This document shows positions 60,930 through 64,000 of a stretch of 64,000 nucleotides of DNA, piece by piece (the stretch's first letter is position 1; each line of letters begins with the position of its first letter). Location of the stretch: the NCBI GenBank assembly GCA_963813815.1, contig CAWFAD010000010.1, positions 128,001-192,000 on the forward strand. Reading direction: 5' to 3'. The position numbers and the translations under genes are program-made. A model generated the notes under the pieces. The model was not told where the DNA came from. It worked only from the letters and a program-made list of their open reading frames with translations, and searched no databases. The DNA is from an uncultured bacterium. Its GTDB lineage: Bacteria > Krumholzibacteriota > Krumholzibacteriia > Krumholzibacteriales > Krumholzibacteriaceae.

Positions 60930-62897
60930 CTATCTCAGCAAGACGAGTTTCTTGGTGAGCGATCTCTTTCCCGCCGTGAGCCGATAGAAGTAGATCCCCG
61001 CTGCGGCGGGCTCTCCCCGCGCATCCCTGCCGTCCCACGGCACAGCATGAACGCCCTCTTCCTCGATGCCGTCGAGGAGGCACGCGATCTCCCTCCCCGC
61101 GCAGTCGTAGACGGCGAGCCTCACGCGAGAGCGCTCCGGAAGCTCGAATCGGATTGTCGTCCCCGGGTTGAACGGATTCGGATAGTTCTGCGCGAGGGAT
61201 AGCGCGAGAGGCGGGAGCGAGACGGGCTCGCTCTCGAAGAGAACGCTTCGCTCTCCCGCCCGCTCGACGTCGACCCGGTACCGATAGGCGACCCCCCTCA
61301 GGCAGGTCTCGTCGAAGAAGGCGAAGGACAGGCCGTCTCTTTGCAGCCCCGCCGCGGGCAGCTCCTCGTACCCGCCACCCTCGGGGGCGCGCAGCACGAT
61401 GAAGGCCGCGTCGTCATCGATCTCCGACAGCCGCCATTCGACGACGATGCGCGAGCTTTCCGCTCGGGCGCAGAAGCTCTGGAGAAGAGTCGCCACGGTC
61501 TCGCCGTTCGCCGTGACCCGCATGGCGTAGACCGCGCCGATCGTGTCCTGCCGCAGATCGCGCCACGTGAGGATCGCCCCGCCTTCCCCGTTCGAGGTCA
61601 TCTGGGGATAGTATTGCCCGTCGGGCGCGTCGCACACCACAACCGCCGTCTCCGTCCACAGCAGGATGCCGTCGGGATCGACCCTCTGGGCGAAAATGTC
61701 ATAGTAGGTAGGGGTTCCCCATCCCCAGCACCAGCAGATAATGGCTCCCCCGGCTCCGTCCTGGACCAACTCGGGATGGGTATAAGAAGCAAATCCAATC
61801 GGTGGGTTGAGATGGATGGGGACGCCGTTCGCCACCCAGAGCAGGTCTCCGGTTCCACTCATGCGCTGCGCATAGATATCGCTGCAGCTGTCCCGCTGAT
61901 CGCACCATGCTATGAAGGCGCCTCCGGCGCCGTCGAGTATCATTCCGATATCAGTCTGATCGAGCGCGGCTATGCAGATCGGCACGTCCCCGCGCGACAA
62001 GATGGCGCCTGTCGAATCAATTCGCTGAGCGAATATGTTCCGATAGCCGTCATTCCCGCTGTTCCAGGCAATGAAGGCCCCTCCGCAGTTATCCTCAATG
62101 CAGACCACTTCCCACTTCGTGACGCTGGTGCCCGAGACGCGCACCCCGTCCGTCGCCCACAGCTTGTTTCCGCTCCCATCGATGCGCTGGGCATAAACGA
62201 AGGAATACACGAGGCTGTAGCGGTTATCCTCCCAGGCGATGATGACGCCCCCGGCTCCATCCGTGGTCGCTCGAGGCTTATTCTGCCACCACACGGTGGG
62301 GCATACGGGGATGCCGTTCACCGCCCACAGGGCCTTGCCGTCGCCATCGAGCTTTTGGCAATAGATCTGCCCCACGCCGCTTCGATCATCCCGCCAAGCG
62401 ATGATGAAGTTGCCATGGCCGTCTGGAACGGTGACGGGCATATATTGCCCGTATCTCTCCGTAACGACCGGCACGCCGTCCGGCGTCCACTGCACCTCGC
62501 CGGCGGCGTTGACCCGCTGCGCATATATGTGAAAAGTGCCGCTCCGCTCATCGCGCCAAGATATGATGGCCCCGCCTTCGCCGTCCGCGACTATTTGCGG
62601 GTCCATTTGCCGCCCGGGAGCTGTGCAGATAGGGACTCCATTGGAGGACCATAGGAGATTTCCATCTCGATCAATGCGCTGGCAGAATATATCCATGTAA
62701 GTGCTTCCCACTGGATATTCATCCCATGTGATAAATGCCCCGCCGGCTCCGTCGCTCGCAATGTAGGCGTACCACTGGTCTCCCAGCGAGGGGCACACCG
62801 GCACGCCGTCCTCGATCCAATCCGCTCGCAGAGCCGGAGAGGCAATAAGCGAGACCAGCATGACAATCAGGGCAACACGGCATTTTAGCGATGCCAT
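60930..62897 (-). CDS. Secreted protein with 8 approx. 55-aa repeats (likely beta-propeller), Ig-like domain and FlgD-Ig/T9SS-type C-terminal domain
   Basis: Signal peptide; repeats W..NGVP.C....Q..P....DG.GGA.I.W.D.R....IYAQR; C-terminal QNYPNPFNP...WDG.D..G..GIYFYRL..KKLVLLR. Confidence 0.8.
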   Translation of the reverse strand: MASLKCRVALIVMLVSLIASPALRADWIEDGVPVCPSLGDQWYAYIASDGAGGAFITWDEYPVGSTYMDIFCQRIDRDGNLLWSSNGVPICTAPGRQMDPQIVADGEGGAIISWRDERSGTFHIYAQRVNAAGEVQWTPDGVPVVTERYGQYMPVTVPDGHGNFIIAWRDDRSGVGQIYCQKLDGDGKALWAVNGIPVCPTVWWQNKPRATTDGAGGVIIAWEDNRYSLVYSFVYAQRIDGSGNKLWATDGVRVSGTSVTKWEVVCIEDNCGGAFIAWNSGNDGYRNIFAQRIDSTGAILSRGDVPICIAALDQTDIGMILDGAGGAFIAWCDQRDSCSDIYAQRMSGTGDLLWVANGVPIHLNPPIGFASYTHPELVQDGAGGAIICWCWGWGTPTYYDIFAQRVDPDGILLWTETAVVVCDAPDGQYYPQMTSNGEGGAILTWRDLRQDTIGAVYAMRVTANGETVATLLQSFCARAESSRIVVEWRLSEIDDDAAFIVLRAPEGGGYEELPAAGLQRDGLSFAFFDETCLRGVAYRYRVDVERAGERSVLFESEPVSLPPLALSLAQNYPNPFNPGTTIRFELPERSRVRLAVYDCAGREIACLLDGIEEEGVHAVPWDGRDARGEPAAAGIYFYRLTAGKRSLTKKLVLLR

Positions 62898-63077
62898 GGG
62901 GCTTGGTACTCCGCAGATTCGAGCCTTCGTGTTCATGGGTGAAACAGTATGACCGCTCCTATAAGCATAGCCCATTTTGGAGTTGTTTTGTGCGAATTTG
63001 CGACCTCCTCGGCAAAACCTGGAATCTCGCTGAAACGGTCAACCGAGATCGTGATTTGGCACAGGAGGAATGGGTCC

Positions 63078-63106
63078 TTGACGCCGCGGCAGGGGCGGCG
63101 TAAAAT
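63078..63106 (+). promoter_or_regulatory. sigma70 promoter
   Basis: TTGACG-17 nt-TAAAAT. Confidence 0.6.
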
Positions 63107-63158
63107 GCGTACGTATAATCAATCTACATTTTGGGAATCCGGCGCGAAGGTTTACGGC

Positions 63159-64000
63159 ATGCGACTCTTTATGCTTGCCGTCATGTTTTCGCTTCTCTAT
63201 GCGTCCGACGCGTACTCCCGAACATGGTACGTTCGAACAGACGGAACCGGGGATGCCCCGACGATTCAGGCCGCTCTCGACAGCGCGCAGGCCGGCGACA
63301 CGGTCCTCGTGGGATCCGGGACACACGAAGTTGAATACATGCTTCTTTGCAGCAGCAATAATGATCTGACGATACTGGGGGAAGAGCCGGAGGGATCGGC
63401 GACAATAAGCGGGATAACAGATCAGAGCCTGTTTATGGTTGAATGCTCCTCAGACATTTTAATAAGGGGAATGACGTTTTCGAATTGTCCCCTTATTTTG
63501 AATGGGAGTGGTCCCACAATTATAGCGCACAACATTTTTTACAATAATTCTTCTATCATAGTAGAGGCAAGCGGTTCGAGTGAAATATTCAACAATCTCA
63601 TTTATTCCTGCGGAGCCGGAATAAGCTGCGGCGACTATGCAATGGACATTAAGATACACCACAATGTCATCGCCTTCAACGTTGGCACCTCGGGCCCAGG
63701 TGATGGAACAGGCATTTTGCTCGACGCCGGAAGCTATTGGATTAGCAACAACATTATTGTCAATAATCGGCAGGGCATACGGAGCATTTCAACGACCGTG
63801 CATCTCGACTGCAACAATGTGTGGGGGAATGCGGAATTCAACTACAGCCTGCTGTTTTTCCCGGATCCGACGGGAACGAACGGCAATATTTCTCTGGACC
63901 CGCAGTTTTGCGGTGTGAGCCCGGATATCTCGGGCAATTTCTATCTGCAATCCGATTCGCCCTGCGCCCCCGGGAACCATCCGGACGGCTTCGGCTGCGG
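63159..64000 (+). CDS. Secreted right-handed parallel beta-helix protein, runs off the window (absent from ORF track)
   Basis: Manual translation: MRLFMLAVMFSLLYASDAYS-RTWYVRTDGTGDAPTIQAALDSAQAGDTVLV...NNIIVNN...CNNVWGN...NISLDPQFCG...LQSDSPCAPGNHP; no stop seen before 64000. Confidence 0.8.
   Translation, partial: MRLFMLAVMFSLLYASDAYSRTWYVRTDGTGDAPTIQAALDSAQAGDTVLVGSGTHEVEYMLLCSSNNDLTILGEEPEGSATISGITDQSLFMVECSSDILIRGMTFSNCPLILNGSGPTIIAHNIFYNNSSIIVEASGSSEIFNNLIYSCGAGISCGDYAMDIKIHHNVIAFNVGTSGPGDGTGILLDAGSYWISNNIIVNNRQGIRSISTTVHLDCNNVWGNAEFNYSLLFFPDPTGTNGNISLDPQFCGVSPDISGNFYLQSDSPCAPGNHPDGFGC

Noticed and set aside
61500..62822. CRISPR array or diversity-generating retroelement
   Set aside because: Repeats are degenerate in-frame protein repeats; no identical direct repeats, TR/VR pair or reverse transcriptase seen
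63009..63070. c-di-GMP-I riboswitch (GGCAAAACC...GAAA)
   Set aside because: Lacks the GNRA-capped P2 and the GCAAAGC/receptor elements, and lies upstream of the promoter

Overview
High-GC (about 70%) bacterial chromosomal window, mostly housekeeping genes on the + strand. Gene content (PorX-tsaE linkage, Bacteroidota-type LptD, FlgD-Ig/T9SS-like C-terminal domains, DPQFCG..SPCAPG beta-helix protein) suggests an FCB-group candidate phylum such as Krumholzibacteriota or Latescibacterota; this is inference only. It contains pyrK-pyrD-pyrF, a nucleotide-sugar cluster, serS, a histidine kinase-porX-tsaE-tsaB-rimI-PNP block, folC-ROK-LptD-HU, an Fe-S oxidoreductase/ETF/acyl-CoA dehydrogenase block, LytS/LytTR, lpdA, an M16 peptidase, ferredoxin-selD, queH, an M23 peptidase, an MrfB/MrfA-like pair, accC, sdhCDAB, glycosylasparaginase, pyrE and secreted repeat proteins. 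Highlights: (1) two in-frame UGA codons with SECIS-like hairpins, one in SelD and one in a lipoprotein that fuses a degenerate UshA-like metallophosphoesterase to a tetraheme cytochrome c, with AGU in place of the usual CGU; (2) an intact HemC-fold protein lacking its catalytic residues; (3) tandem NrdR-like boxes controlling small Zn-finger and Tudor-like proteins rather than a ribonucleotide reductase; (4) a kinase directly upstream of PorX; (5) two convergent sigma54-type promoters; (6) GC-mosaic secreted proteins at the right end. Clustered indels in serS, sdhD and an SDR gene look like assembly errors. I recognised no tRNA, rRNA, CRISPR array or mobile element.
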